A stretch of 64,000 nt of DNA from a virus (lineage: Duplodnaviria; Caudoviricetes): IMG/VR virus record IMGVR_UViG_3300028805_003982. One strand, written 5' to 3'. Below, piece by piece: positions 19,864 through 29,421 of this stretch. Both the position numbers and the translations under genes were made by a program. How positions within the stretch are numbered: the first letter of the stretch is position 1; each line of letters begins with the position of its first letter. The notes under the pieces are model-generated. The model did no database searches and was not told the origin of the DNA. It was given only the letters and a program-made list of their open reading frames with translations.

Positions 19864-20397
19864 ATGAAAGAAACTGATCTGACAGAAGGCGTTGCATTTT
19901 ATCGTGATAGTAACAGCGGTCTTGTTGTTAAAGTAGAACAGGATACGTCCGGAACCGCCTGGGAAGACCTTGAAGCCGATGAGGACGTCGTATGTGAAAA
20001 GTTTTACGGCAGTGAACGCAAAACTCAGATGTATAAGAAGATCAATGTTTTGGCAGGTTATAACTGCCCGTATTCTGCAATGGACGTATCTGACGGGGCT
20101 TCAGCAGACCCGGCGTTTGTTTTGATTTATCCGACGGATTTTAAACACTATGGTTCTTTTAGTGATGATGTCAAGCGGGATATTGAGAGGACAATAAGAA
20201 GAAGCGAAGCTGACATTGAAGATTCGAAAGATAAAGTTTTTATCGTTAATGTTTTCAGCGCGGATATGAAGCATGTTCTTGATGAAGAACGCGTTGTCTG
20301 GGGCTTTGATAACATAATCGGCGGCATTGACAGTTTTTCTGTTTCGGAAAACACATTGGAACTGATAGACCTACCGGAGCTTAATAATGAACTTTAA
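19864..20397 (+). CDS. Hypothetical acidic protein (...LNNEL)
   Basis: GGAGG RBS before ATG 19864. Confidence 0.75.
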   Translation: MKETDLTEGVAFYRDSNSGLVVKVEQDTSGTAWEDLEADEDVVCEKFYGSERKTQMYKKINVLAGYNCPYSAMDVSDGASADPAFVLIYPTDFKHYGSFSDDVKRDIERTIRRSEADIEDSKDKVFIVNVFSADMKHVLDEERVVWGFDNIIGGIDSFSVSENTLELIDLPELNNEL

Positions 20398-20414
20398 TCA
20401 CAAGGAGGCGTGTT

Positions 20415-21248
20415 ATGACCATTAAGGATTTGCATGATAAGGGTTTGTCGGGCAAGCTGCCGGAAGAGCTCTATTGGGTTAACAGAAATCAGCAAGGTCT
20501 TTATGAAAGCGGCTATGTTTATACAAAAGAACAGGTAAAAGAAGACCTTAACCTGTCTGATGAAGCTCTTAAAATGCTGTTTGATGAAGATAAAACGGTA
20601 GAAGGTGCCTTCTGGGGCAATGATACTTATAATGTTAAAAGAGTTGAAACGTATGAAGAACTCTTTAATCTGATGACCTGGGCCGGGTATGATATCGAAA
20701 ATACCTGGGCTACAGGAGATCTGGATCAGATAGAATATCCGGACTTTGTTGACGAACAGTTTCAGCTGATTACAAATTATGTATATGAGATTACCGGATA
20801 TACGGCAAGTTGTATGGCCGGCAGCGGCTTTGAGAACCCCACTTTTACAAAGTATGTGGAACTGATGGGCATACCCGCAGACGAGCTTCAGTATAATCCG
20901 ACAGACGAGGAGATCGTTCGGTTTAATGTCGCTCAGGCGCTGCACGACAATCCGTGCCTTGAGGTGATTGACTATCTGAACATTGTCAGAACATCTGAAG
21001 TATCTTTTCCTACTTTGCCTAACGGGATCTGTTTTATAAGCACAAACCTTGACGGTAAAGAAGTCGGCTGGGTCTTTAAAGACAAAGACGCTTTGAAAGA
21101 TGCATGGGAAGACGGCATCGAGGTCCCTGCTAATGATGACAAGATCAACTGGCTCAGTATTAACGGCATGGAAAAGGAACTCGTCGGGGATTGGACCTTT
21201 GAAGATCTGGCCAAGCATCTCGGCATAGAAGCTCCGATGGATCTGTAA
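20415..21248 (+). CDS. Hypothetical very acidic protein (...APMDL)
   Basis: AAGGAGG RBS. Confidence 0.78.
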   Translation: MTIKDLHDKGLSGKLPEELYWVNRNQQGLYESGYVYTKEQVKEDLNLSDEALKMLFDEDKTVEGAFWGNDTYNVKRVETYEELFNLMTWAGYDIENTWATGDLDQIEYPDFVDEQFQLITNYVYEITGYTASCMAGSGFENPTFTKYVELMGIPADELQYNPTDEEIVRFNVAQALHDNPCLEVIDYLNIVRTSEVSFPTLPNGICFISTNLDGKEVGWVFKDKDALKDAWEDGIEVPANDDKINWLSINGMEKELVGDWTFEDLAKHLGIEAPMDL

Positions 21249-21282
21249 AATACTGACCGTGTAAACAGAAAGGGAATACAGC

Positions 21283-21828
21283 ATGTTAACCAATAAAGAA
21301 GTATCAGATATGTGCAAAATGCTCAATGCCAAGGGCTTTTCTGAGATCACTGAGCCTCAGCTGGGTTATAACGGCTATCTGCTCAGGTGCAACGCTCCTG
21401 CTGAAGAGAAGGGCGAAGACACGATCCTTCTTAAAGCGCCCGGAGGTATCTGGGGGCACACCCGTCTTGATAATGATGTTATGAAGCGTGTTGAGATGCG
21501 TAAAAAGTGGTTCGGTAAGACTACCCATAATCTCTATGTGGCAGTTAACATCGAAGTGCATCCGAAGCTTAGAAAGCATATAGAAAACCTGTTCTTAAAT
21601 GAACTGTCCGATGCGGACATAATGCGTATATCACAGTATTATTGTAAGATCCTGACCAATAATAAGCTGCCGAGCTTTGAACCGTTTATCGTTGTATGGC
21701 ACTTAAACCAGTGTCAGGAATATCCGGACGGCAGTCTTGACACAAGGCCTATGCACGCTCACTTTTTGTTCGCCCGTAAAACCAAGAGGATCACATCTGA
21801 AGAAGCAAGACTGATCAGACCCGGCTAA
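21283..21828 (+). CDS. Stand-alone HUH endonuclease/relaxase-like domain protein
   Basis: VVWH.N...PMHAHFLF resembles relaxase motif III (H...HUH); candidate catalytic Tyr in GYNGYL; helix LSDADIMRISQYYC precedes it. Confidence 0.5.
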   Translation: MLTNKEVSDMCKMLNAKGFSEITEPQLGYNGYLLRCNAPAEEKGEDTILLKAPGGIWGHTRLDNDVMKRVEMRKKWFGKTTHNLYVAVNIEVHPKLRKHIENLFLNELSDADIMRISQYYCKILTNNKLPSFEPFIVVWHLNQCQEYPDGSLDTRPMHAHFLFARKTKRITSEEARLIRPG

Positions 21829-21839
21829 GAATTTTGCGG

Positions 21840-21868
21840 GGCCTAAAAGGTGTTTGTGAAGTCATAAT
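21840..21868 (+). promoter_or_regulatory. Element-specific promoter (GTTCTA class)
   Basis: GGCCTAAA; 17 bp to CATAAT, G at -14. Confidence 0.55.
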
Positions 21869-21900
21869 AGAAGTTGAGTTGATATAAAGGAGAAAGTAAC

Positions 21901-22296
21901 ATGGAAGGGAATAAGATAACTGTTTTGATCGCGGTGCCTGGAGAGATAATCAGATCGGCTGATATCCGTAACTCGTTGGCAGAGTTTCAGGATATTATCG
22001 GAGGGTACCCCGAGTGCGTTTATCCTTTTGAAGACGACGTCGGCATAATCCGTAACGAGGATGCCGAGAGCAGGGGGTTGATGCCTAACCGTGCTTTAAA
22101 GGATGATGCAGGCAACATGTACGACATGATCTACGGCTCTTTCCTGATCGTGGGTCTTAATGATGATGATTTCGGCTCGCTTGATGACGAGCTGCTTGCC
22201 AAATATCAGGAACAGTTTATGTATCCGGAGACGCTGGTGCAGGAGAGGGGTCACATGGTACCCGTTCCGTATGCTCCAGATGTGCATACTTTGTAA
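21901..22296 (+). CDS. DUF3846-domain protein (...DVHTL)
   Basis: VL...PG.....I.NSL..FQ.IIGGY.E..YPF.D.V.II.NE.....L.PNR.L.......D.I.GSFLIVG. Confidence 0.8.
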   Translation: MEGNKITVLIAVPGEIIRSADIRNSLAEFQDIIGGYPECVYPFEDDVGIIRNEDAESRGLMPNRALKDDAGNMYDMIYGSFLIVGLNDDDFGSLDDELLAKYQEQFMYPETLVQERGHMVPVPYAPDVHTL

Positions 22297-22326
22297 TTGG
22301 CAAGCTGTTAGCAAAGGAGGATTATT

Positions 22327-22734
22327 ATGGTACATGTCAGAGGAAGTTTTGTTTTTATGACGCCTGAGGCTGCAAACGCAAGCAAGGATGTTATCGAAGC
22401 TGTTTTTGGTGTCGACAGTGTAATCGGGATAGATGGTTGTTTTGTAGAGATCTCCAAGTACTCAAGGGATGATAGATCTGAATGCCTTGCTCTTTATGCT
22501 AACCTTACCCCCGGTCTGGTTTCGGCTGATATTTATTTTGAAAGAAGAGATGACGGGACCTTCTGGAAAGATGCATACATCGGTACTGATGAGCGCTCTT
22601 ACGGGAAATGGATCACGATCCCCGGCGTGATCATGTTCACGCCCCCCGGCGTGGTCGTGTATCCGATGGAAAACGCAACTGAAATCAATTTATCCGGCAC
22701 AGACCCTGATGTTTCTGATCACGATTTATATTGA
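22327..22734 (+). CDS. Hypothetical protein (...DVSDHDLY)
   Basis: AAGGAGG RBS. Confidence 0.72.
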   Translation: MVHVRGSFVFMTPEAANASKDVIEAVFGVDSVIGIDGCFVEISKYSRDDRSECLALYANLTPGLVSADIYFERRDDGTFWKDAYIGTDERSYGKWITIPGVIMFTPPGVVVYPMENATEINLSGTDPDVSDHDLY

Positions 22735-22752
22735 TAAGTGAGGTAGATTGAT

Positions 22753-22989
22753 ATGAAAAAACTTACAAAAGACTATTTAGAAAATAAAGATACTGAAGAA
22801 TTAGGTGATATTCTTGCGGAACTCTGCGATATTAAGGGTTATACAGAAGTTCAGACAGACGAGTTATTTGAAGATGTTATACGCAGAGACGATAATTTTG
22901 TTTTGGATAAAGAAGATATGATTTCTTGGATTTTAAGATTGCAGTCCGGCGAAGACCTTGATGTTTCCGATCACGATTTTAACGTCTGA
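22753..22989 (+). CDS. Small acidic hypothetical protein (...DVSDHDFNV)
   Basis: GAGGT RBS. Confidence 0.7.
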   Translation: MKKLTKDYLENKDTEELGDILAELCDIKGYTEVQTDELFEDVIRRDDNFVLDKEDMISWILRLQSGEDLDVSDHDFNV

Positions 22990-23012
22990 GTGGAAAGAGA
23001 GGAGAAGATATT

Positions 23013-23561
23013 ATGGCAAACTTTTATTTTACTTACGGTACATCAAGCCAGTTTCCGTTCCGGAGAGGCTGGACACGTGTTGAAGCAGAAAATCTCGATC
23101 AGGCGATCGAGGCTTTTAGAGCCATACACCCGGACCGCAATCCTGGCTTGATCAATTGTGCGTTTTATTACACAGAAGAGCAGTTTAAAGGTTCTATTAT
23201 GGATACCTCGACTTTTGAGTCAGAGCATGAATGTCTTAATGCTGCAGAGATCCTCGTAGATCCTGCAAACAGATATGAGAGTTTCTATTTCACATACGGT
23301 TCTGCCGAGCATTTTCCTTTTGAAGGCGGATGGACACGTGTCGAGGCCCGTGACATTGTTGAAGCTATGGACGCATTTAAGGCAGTTCATCCTAATAACG
23401 GCGGGCTCTTAAATTGTGCTGGCTGTTATACGACTGAGATGTTCAGAAAGACCGAGATGTATCAGAATTGGGATAATAGAGGCTCTGCTGAGCACGAAGT
23501 TATCCAGGCGCGTTTGGTCTTGGACGGTGCCGGGGAAGCTTTGCAGCACCGCTTAGATTAG
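23013..23561 (+). CDS. Hypothetical protein with a tandemly duplicated FYFTYG...GWTRVEA...NCA domain (...QHRLD)
   Basis: Two copies of an approximately 85-aa unit; GAGGAG RBS. Confidence 0.8.
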   Translation: MANFYFTYGTSSQFPFRRGWTRVEAENLDQAIEAFRAIHPDRNPGLINCAFYYTEEQFKGSIMDTSTFESEHECLNAAEILVDPANRYESFYFTYGSAEHFPFEGGWTRVEARDIVEAMDAFKAVHPNNGGLLNCAGCYTTEMFRKTEMYQNWDNRGSAEHEVIQARLVLDGAGEALQHRLD

Positions 23562-23571
23562 GAGGGTGGTT

Positions 23572-23853
23572 ATGAAGATAGCAATTGATATACCAGAAGA
23601 AGAATACCGCAATTACTTGAAAATGAGACCAGCTTATCCCGAAGGAGTGTTTTGTTATATTGCGGCAATTCAGCAAGGTACACCACTTCCGGAAGGTAAA
23701 CTGGTATCCGTAGAAGGTTTGAAAGAGGATATCGAGGCTGCGTACAGACAAGGTGATATTATGGATTATCATTCGGTTCTTTCCGTTATTGACAATTCGT
23801 TGGCCGTTATAAATCCCGATTCTCCCGATCAGAGCCTCGGTTTCGATATTTGA
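23572..23853 (+). CDS. Hypothetical protein (...LGFDI)
   Basis: AGGAGG RBS; MKIAIDIPEE...GTPLP pattern common in phage small proteins. Confidence 0.7.
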   Translation: MKIAIDIPEEEYRNYLKMRPAYPEGVFCYIAAIQQGTPLPEGKLVSVEGLKEDIEAAYRQGDIMDYHSVLSVIDNSLAVINPDSPDQSLGFDI

Positions 23854-23940
23854 AGGGCCTTGAGTGTGATAAAATAAGATTAGGGGATTACGGAGATACT
23901 GTAGATTCTTTAGTGCTTGAACAGAAGGAAATTGGTCAAA

Positions 23941-24426
23941 ATGGACCCGAATTATGATTACTATCGAATGTCTGATAATGACGTCCAGTTTGTCAGGATG
24001 GTGGCAAACTCCCAAGGTGAGTTGTTTGAGCACTATGCGGAGCAACAGGTTAATATGGAAGAATTCATTCCCGCCTTTTTAAAATCAGAGTTTTGTAACA
24101 AGTGCTTAGATGCCGCTTGGGATTATGAGCAATCTCGGGGTTACACCACTTGGCGTGAGTTAGTGGAAAAAGAAATCAACACGGAACTCATGAGGCATGA
24201 GGAAAGAATTCCAGATGTCAATTATTTTGCAAGGTCTCTAGGGTATTTGCTCCGTTTGTTTCAAAAGCAATACGATTTATGCAGCCGTGAAATTGCTGGC
24301 AGACTGCCTTTATCAGAAATATTAAAGGTGGTGCAAGATTTAGAATATGCAGGGAACGATAACACAGCTTGTGCTGATTTGTACCGCATATATAACAGAA
24401 CGGATAAAAGACCGAAAGTGGGATAA
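23941..24426 (+). CDS. Orphan DUF3791-like (antitoxin-like) protein
   Basis: QGELFE, FIPAFLKSEF, LGYLLR...SREI pattern parallels 808-1260. Confidence 0.5.
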   Translation: MDPNYDYYRMSDNDVQFVRMVANSQGELFEHYAEQQVNMEEFIPAFLKSEFCNKCLDAAWDYEQSRGYTTWRELVEKEINTELMRHEERIPDVNYFARSLGYLLRLFQKQYDLCSREIAGRLPLSEILKVVQDLEYAGNDNTACADLYRIYNRTDKRPKVG

Positions 24427-24506
24427 GTGACTGCTTTTGTCCCAATAATCTCTCTTGTCGTTTGATATGATATTATCAAATAAGACTGCAAGGGAGATTT
24501 TTTATT

Positions 24507-25439
24507 ATGAAAAGAATCGTGGATGATATGAAGGTCTGCTATGTGAATGAGACAGCCCGCCCAATGCCTAAGGACCAGGCAGGTTTCTGGGCCATGCTGG
24601 TTACCTGTGAAGCAATTGGTGATGCCATGTGCCGCGTGGCCGTCGAAAAAGGCGCGGTTGACCTTGCAAGGTATATTACTCTTGGTGAATCTTGTTGTGT
24701 TAACTTCTATGTAGCATGTGATGATACCGACGGGCACAAGAGGCTTCTTAAGTTTCTTCTCGATCATCAGTTTATAAGCATGACATTTTTAGGCGAACTG
24801 GAGAACATCGAGTACACCTTGGAAAACAGTGATTCCGATCTGGTTCACGGGAGAAGAGTGCGCCTGGGTGATTTTGTGGATCTGACTACCGGTGTTATGT
24901 TTCCGGAGCCATTCAAAAATCCGTTGCATAAAAGGTCGGAAGAAGAGCGTGTCGATTATTACCGTCGTAGGCTTGAAGATTTGTTCTGCAGGACCGTCAT
25001 ATTTCTAAAAGACCCGGCTGTCCCGGCTTCAATCAAACCATATTGTGTTGACGACTATATAGATCGCTGTATCGGTGTTTTTTCGCCGCGTGACATTAAA
25101 TACATCAGAAACATATTGACGGCTGTATATAAGACAGGATCAGAGTTCTCTCCTTATCAGTCTGTTTTTGAGGTCATCAGAAGCCATCGTCAAATCCTAA
25201 AAGCCCATGCAGCATTGCTTATAGCCCAGAAGTATGAACTGGATGCTACCATGATCCTTTCCAAGCTCGGCAAAGATCCTGATGCAACACCTGATCTGAT
25301 TGAAGAAGACCTTGAAGAGCTGGTCTCAAGTGCTTCATGGGAAAGGGTAGAGGAGTACTATCATTGCTCCTTCAACGATGCAAAGCCTTTTATCAGAAAA
25401 GCTATTGTTGATGCGTGGAGCGAGATTAAAGAGTTTTAA
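24507..25439 (+). CDS. Hypothetical protein
   Basis: 310-aa ORF, AGGGAG RBS. Confidence 0.75.
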   Translation: MKRIVDDMKVCYVNETARPMPKDQAGFWAMLVTCEAIGDAMCRVAVEKGAVDLARYITLGESCCVNFYVACDDTDGHKRLLKFLLDHQFISMTFLGELENIEYTLENSDSDLVHGRRVRLGDFVDLTTGVMFPEPFKNPLHKRSEEERVDYYRRRLEDLFCRTVIFLKDPAVPASIKPYCVDDYIDRCIGVFSPRDIKYIRNILTAVYKTGSEFSPYQSVFEVIRSHRQILKAHAALLIAQKYELDATMILSKLGKDPDATPDLIEEDLEELVSSASWERVEEYYHCSFNDAKPFIRKAIVDAWSEIKEF

Positions 25440-25445
25440 TGTTGA

Positions 25446-25480
25446 ATTATATTGATTAAACAATATAATAGCGTTATAAT
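25446..25480 (+). promoter_or_regulatory. Sigma-A-type promoter of the hsd operon with overlapping palindrome
   Basis: TTGATT-17 bp-TATAAT; perfect 9-bp inverted repeat ATTATATTG-N6-CAATATAAT over the -35. Confidence 0.7.
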
Positions 25481-25516
25481 TAACCTAACAATCAATATTT
25501 AAGGAGACCACACCTT

Positions 25517-27091
25517 ATGGCTTTATCTAAAAACGCACAAGAAAAGAATGAACTATTCAAAGCAATATGGAATATAGCATGTGAAGTTAGAGGTTCTGGT
25601 GTTACCGGTTGGGATTTCAAGTCCTATATCCTTAACACCTTGTTCTACCGGTATATTTCTGAAAGCCTTGTTCAGTCAATAAATAAGAATGAGCGTGAGG
25701 CAGGTGATAAGGACTTTGACTATACTAAGCTGACTGATGATGATGTCAAAGCTGTTGATGGCTTTAGGGAAGAAATTATCAAGGATAGAGGATTCTTCTT
25801 GTATCCTTCAGAGTTGTTCCAGAATGTTGCTAAAGATGCGGCAAAGAACGAAGACTTAAACATTAAGTTATCTGAAGTGTTCCGTCATATTGAGGAGTCT
25901 GCCAAGAATACTGATTCAGAGAAGTGTTTTAGTGGTTTGTTCAATGACTTTGACCTTAATTCTGAGAGTAAACTCGGTAACACTCTTGAGAAGCGTAATA
26001 AGAAGCTGGCAAGCCTATTGCAGAAGATTGCTGCAATCGATTTCGGCGGTGATTACCTAAGTAACGATAGCGATGTATTTGGTGATGCATACGAGTATCT
26101 GATGGGCATGTACGCTTCTGATGCAGGACAGAAAGGCGGAGAGTTCTTTACACCGCAGGAAGTATCAGAACTTCTTACAAAAATCTGTGTTCATGGCAAA
26201 GAGCGCGTCAACAAGGTTTACGATCCTGCTTGCGGTTCCGGCTCGCTTCTTCTGCAGCCTGCAAAGATACTTGGGCATGATAATGTAGATATCGGATATT
26301 TTGGTCAGGAAATTAATTCTACGACATATAATCTTTGTCGTATGAATATGATCCTTCATAATATCCCGTACAGTAAGTTTGATGTAGCTTGTGAGGATAC
26401 TCTTATCAATCCTCAGCATTGGGACTTCGAGCCTTTCGAAGTAATAGTGTCAAATCCTCCGTACTCGATACCGTGGGTAGGAGATGATGACGTAACTCTT
26501 ATAAACGATCCCCGTTTCTCTCCTGCAGGTGTGTTGGCGCCTAAGTCCAAGGCGGACTTCGCGTTCATCATGCACACAGATGCTTGGCTTGCTCCCAATG
26601 GTGTTGCTGCAATCGTATGCTTCCCGGGAATCATGTATCGCAGCGGCGCTGAACAGAAGATCAGACAGTATCTTGTTGATAACAATAGAGTAGATTGCAT
26701 CATTCAGCTTCCTGATAACCTGTTTTATGGTACCTCCATTGCGACCTGTATCATGGTCTTAAAGAAGAACAAAGCTGATAATAAGATCCTGTTCATTGAC
26801 GCAAGCAAAGAGTTTACGAAGGAGACAAATCAGAACAGGCTTAGTGTGGATAACGTAAAGAACATCATGAAGCTCTACACGGATAGAGTTGATGTTCCTT
26901 ATCAGGCTAAACTTGTGGATCACGATGATATTGTTAAGGCGAAGTATAACCTTTCTGTATCTACTTACGTTGAGAAGGAAGATACGAGAGAAGTTATTGA
27001 CATTGATGACCTCAATAAGAAACTTGCCGAGGTTGTGGCAAAGGAGAATCAGCTTAGAGCTGATATTGATGCGATCATTAAGGAGATTTGA
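25517..27091 (+). CDS. hsdM: Type I restriction-modification methyltransferase subunit M (m6A)
   Basis: GEFFTPQEV, motif [12 protein letters not shown], motif IV VSNPPYS. Confidence 0.96.
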   Translation: MALSKNAQEKNELFKAIWNIACEVRGSGVTGWDFKSYILNTLFYRYISESLVQSINKNEREAGDKDFDYTKLTDDDVKAVDGFREEIIKDRGFFLYPSELFQNVAKDAAKNEDLNIKLSEVFRHIEESAKNTDSEKCFSGLFNDFDLNSESKLGNTLEKRNKKLASLLQKIAAIDFGGDYLSNDSDVFGDAYEYLMGMYASDAGQKGGEFFTPQEVSELLTKICVHGKERVNKVYDPACGSGSLLLQPAKILGHDNVDIGYFGQEINSTTYNLCRMNMILHNIPYSKFDVACEDTLINPQHWDFEPFEVIVSNPPYSIPWVGDDDVTLINDPRFSPAGVLAPKSKADFAFIMHTDAWLAPNGVAAIVCFPGIMYRSGAEQKIRQYLVDNNRVDCIIQLPDNLFYGTSIATCIMVLKKNKADNKILFIDASKEFTKETNQNRLSVDNVKNIMKLYTDRVDVPYQAKLVDHDDIVKAKYNLSVSTYVEKEDTREVIDIDDLNKKLAEVVAKENQLRADIDAIIKEI

Positions 27092-27095
27092 TGTG

Positions 27096-27758
27096 ATGGA
27101 AAGGGTCGTTGTTGGAGAATCTGGTTGGTCAAAAGAAGACCTGAAAACTGATCCCGATAAATTGCTCAAAATATCTCGGCAAATGGAATCGGTAGTGAAC
27201 ACATATTCTAATAACGAATGTCCAAACTCTGAAGAAATGATTGTTCTTTTTGAAAATATCGGGGGTGCTTTGTACAAATGGACAGGGGCGACTTATGTCG
27301 GTGTGAAAAAAGATGCCAAATTAGAATTGGCGTATACAAAATTCTATGATTCGCTATTTGATCTGCTGATTTGTTTATTTTCCGTTAATGAATATACTCA
27401 TAAGATTGCTAAAAGAATGCTATATCGAGGTGTTTTGTATCGATATCTTGGTCATGCGTCTGGTTCAGAAGATTATTTTTCTCGTGTAGAACCCGAATAT
27501 AATGGCGTATGGGTTTCTTGGAGTAAAGATGATGTGAGAAATAACTGTTATCTTGGTAGCAAGTTATATGGGACAAGAACGGTTCTTATATGTGAAACTG
27601 ATTATCCTTTTGGTATTGATTTAACCGGATGGGATGAGTTGTTCGGAACAAATATCGTAAGAGCAAATGAAACAGAAGTTGTCTACCCAACACTAAAAAA
27701 TACTATAAAAGATGTTATTTATATCGATGTCAAAAAAGGAGATGATGGAGATGAGTAG
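27096..27758 (+). CDS. Accessory gene between hsdM and hsdS; candidate R-S-E class ADP-ribosyltransferase
   Basis: LYRYLG ... WVSWSK ... NETEVVYP in the canonical R / SxS / ExE order; AAGGAG RBS; lower GC than flanks. Confidence 0.55.
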   Translation: MERVVVGESGWSKEDLKTDPDKLLKISRQMESVVNTYSNNECPNSEEMIVLFENIGGALYKWTGATYVGVKKDAKLELAYTKFYDSLFDLLICLFSVNEYTHKIAKRMLYRGVLYRYLGHASGSEDYFSRVEPEYNGVWVSWSKDDVRNNCYLGSKLYGTRTVLICETDYPFGIDLTGWDELFGTNIVRANETEVVYPTLKNTIKDVIYIDVKKGDDGDE

Positions 27759-28977
27759 ATTAGAAGAACTTATAAATCAGCATTGCCCTGATGGTGTGGA
27801 ATATAGAACAATAGCATCATTGTCAAAAGTTCAGCGAGGCAAGCGATTGACTAAAGATAAGTTATCTGCGTCTTCATCAGTTACACATCCGTTTCCTGTG
27901 TTCCACGGAGGTATTGAACCTCTTGGTTACTACGACAATAGTAATAGATCGGCAGATACTGTAATGGTTATAAATGTCGGTGCGTCTGCTGGTACTGTTG
28001 CATATTCTGATGTTGAGTTTTGGTCATCTGATGGTTGTTTCTGCATTTCTCATTCAGTAAAAATAAATGATAGGTTCTTATATTATGTTTTGAAGAATGA
28101 CGAATTTTATTTTCAGTCAAAAGTTAGAAAAGCAGGCATTCCGACATTGGATAACTTTATTGTCGAGGATTATGAAATCCCCGTACCCCCGCTCCCGGTT
28201 CAGGAAGAAATCGTGCGGATTCTGGATAAGATGACAGAACTGGAGACAGAACTGGAGACAGAACTGGATCTTCGTAAGAAGCAGTATGATTATTATAGGG
28301 ATAAGATGCTTTCAAAAGAGTATTTGGAACAGCATTGTCCTGATGGAGTTGAATATAAGCCTGTTTCAGAAGTTATTGAGTCATTAAAAACAGGATTAAA
28401 CCCTCGTAAAAACTTTAAGTTGAATGATGTAGGAGCTTGTTGTTATTACATTACTGGCAAAGATGTTTATGGCAATAGTATAAATGTATCTGAACGTACA
28501 GATAAGATAACTAAAGAGGCAGTAAAACTCATAAATAAAAGAGCCTGTTTGCATGACGATGTTTTGTTGTTTGTCAGTACAGGTACAGGTACTGTTGGTC
28601 GCATGACAGTTGTAGATAAATATACAGGTGATTGGAATGTTAGTGAAACTATGTATATTATTACAACCAAGCCCAAAACTATCACAACAAAGTTCCTGTT
28701 TTATGTTTTATATTCCAATATAGCAAAGGATCAGTATGAATCTAAAATTTCTAAGGGTTCTGTGCCTCATTTAAAGGTATCTGATTTGCTCAATGTGGAA
28801 ATCCCCGTACCCCCGCTCCCGGTTCAGGAAGAAATCGTGCGTATCCTTGATAATTTCAGCACTCTGACATCTGATATTTCCGAAGGTCTTCCTGCTGAAA
28901 TCAAGATGCGTCATCAGCAGTACGAATACTATCGTGATAAACTTCTTGCTTTTAAGAGATTAAACGTAACAGGATAA
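27751..28977 (+). CDS. hsdS: Type I (IC-like) restriction-modification specificity subunit S
   Basis: Two TRDs each preceded by CPDGVEY and followed by IPVPPLPVQEEIVRILD; central TELETELETEL; terminal QYEYYRDKLL. Confidence 0.95.
   Translation: MSRLEELINQHCPDGVEYRTIASLSKVQRGKRLTKDKLSASSSVTHPFPVFHGGIEPLGYYDNSNRSADTVMVINVGASAGTVAYSDVEFWSSDGCFCISHSVKINDRFLYYVLKNDEFYFQSKVRKAGIPTLDNFIVEDYEIPVPPLPVQEEIVRILDKMTELETELETELDLRKKQYDYYRDKMLSKEYLEQHCPDGVEYKPVSEVIESLKTGLNPRKNFKLNDVGACCYYITGKDVYGNSINVSERTDKITKEAVKLINKRACLHDDVLLFVSTGTGTVGRMTVVDKYTGDWNVSETMYIITTKPKTITTKFLFYVLYSNIAKDQYESKISKGSVPHLKVSDLLNVEIPVPPLPVQEEIVRILDNFSTLTSDISEGLPAEIKMRHQQYEYYRDKLLAFKRLNVTG
28174..28841 (+). repeat. 44-bp perfect direct repeat flanking the second hsdS TRD (28174-28217 and 28798-28841)
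   Basis: GAAATCCCCGTACCCCCGCTCCCGGTTCAGGAAGAAATCGTGCG present twice. Confidence 0.95.
28233..28268 (+). repeat. In-frame 12-bp tandem repeat x3 in the hsdS spacer helix
   Basis: GACAGAACTGGA x3, perfect. Confidence 0.95.
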
Positions 28978-28989
28978 TTGGTGCCAGAT

Positions 28990-29421
28990 ATGAAAACTAT
29001 AGCTTTAAGGTTTGCTGAAAACTTTGCTCCTGAATGTGGAACTATCACTGCTCATCAACAAGTGATAGATACTATTGGGTTTGTTTGGTATGGAAAAATG
29101 GGGACTCCATTATCCATGAAACTGGTTAATGAATTGAAGAATCAGCACCCTTCACGAATCCTTTTGATCCATAGCGGGAAAGCAATGCGCTATTGGGCAT
29201 ATATTACTGATGTTCAGAGAGATACCCCTTATTTAGAAGAAATCCCTGAATACTATAGATGTTCAACAGATAAGTTTAAGACTTGGTTTAAAGTTGTAAG
29301 ATTCGAATTGGCACCCAAAGATGTGATGTCAAACTGTTACGTTGCTTCTTCCCAACACCTATTGAGTGAAGCATCTAAGCATAGTATGAGCCCGTATTTT
29401 ATTATCGAAACTGATCTTTAG
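28990..29421 (+). CDS. Accessory gene between hsdS and hsdR, unknown function
   Basis: 143-aa ORF filling the gap; GTITAHQQVI...GFVWYGK motif. Confidence 0.7.
   Translation: MKTIALRFAENFAPECGTITAHQQVIDTIGFVWYGKMGTPLSMKLVNELKNQHPSRILLIHSGKAMRYWAYITDVQRDTPYLEEIPEYYRCSTDKFKTWFKVVRFELAPKDVMSNCYVASSQHLLSEASKHSMSPYFIIETDL

Noticed and set aside
10489-21248. Terminal Leu as a by-product of DNA signals (stop-codon context, overlapping RBS or TATAA boxes)
   Set aside because: All six Leu codons and all three stop codons are used, and spacing to the next gene varies. A DNA-level cause may contribute in single cases, such as the terminator at 9369, but cannot explain the set.
26889-27095. Long N-terminal extensions given by the ORF track (also 56170-56319, 46169-46339, 18571-18654, 18183-18281, 49839-49913)
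   Set aside because: They overlap upstream genes or promoters, and downstream ATGs have proper RBS spacing.
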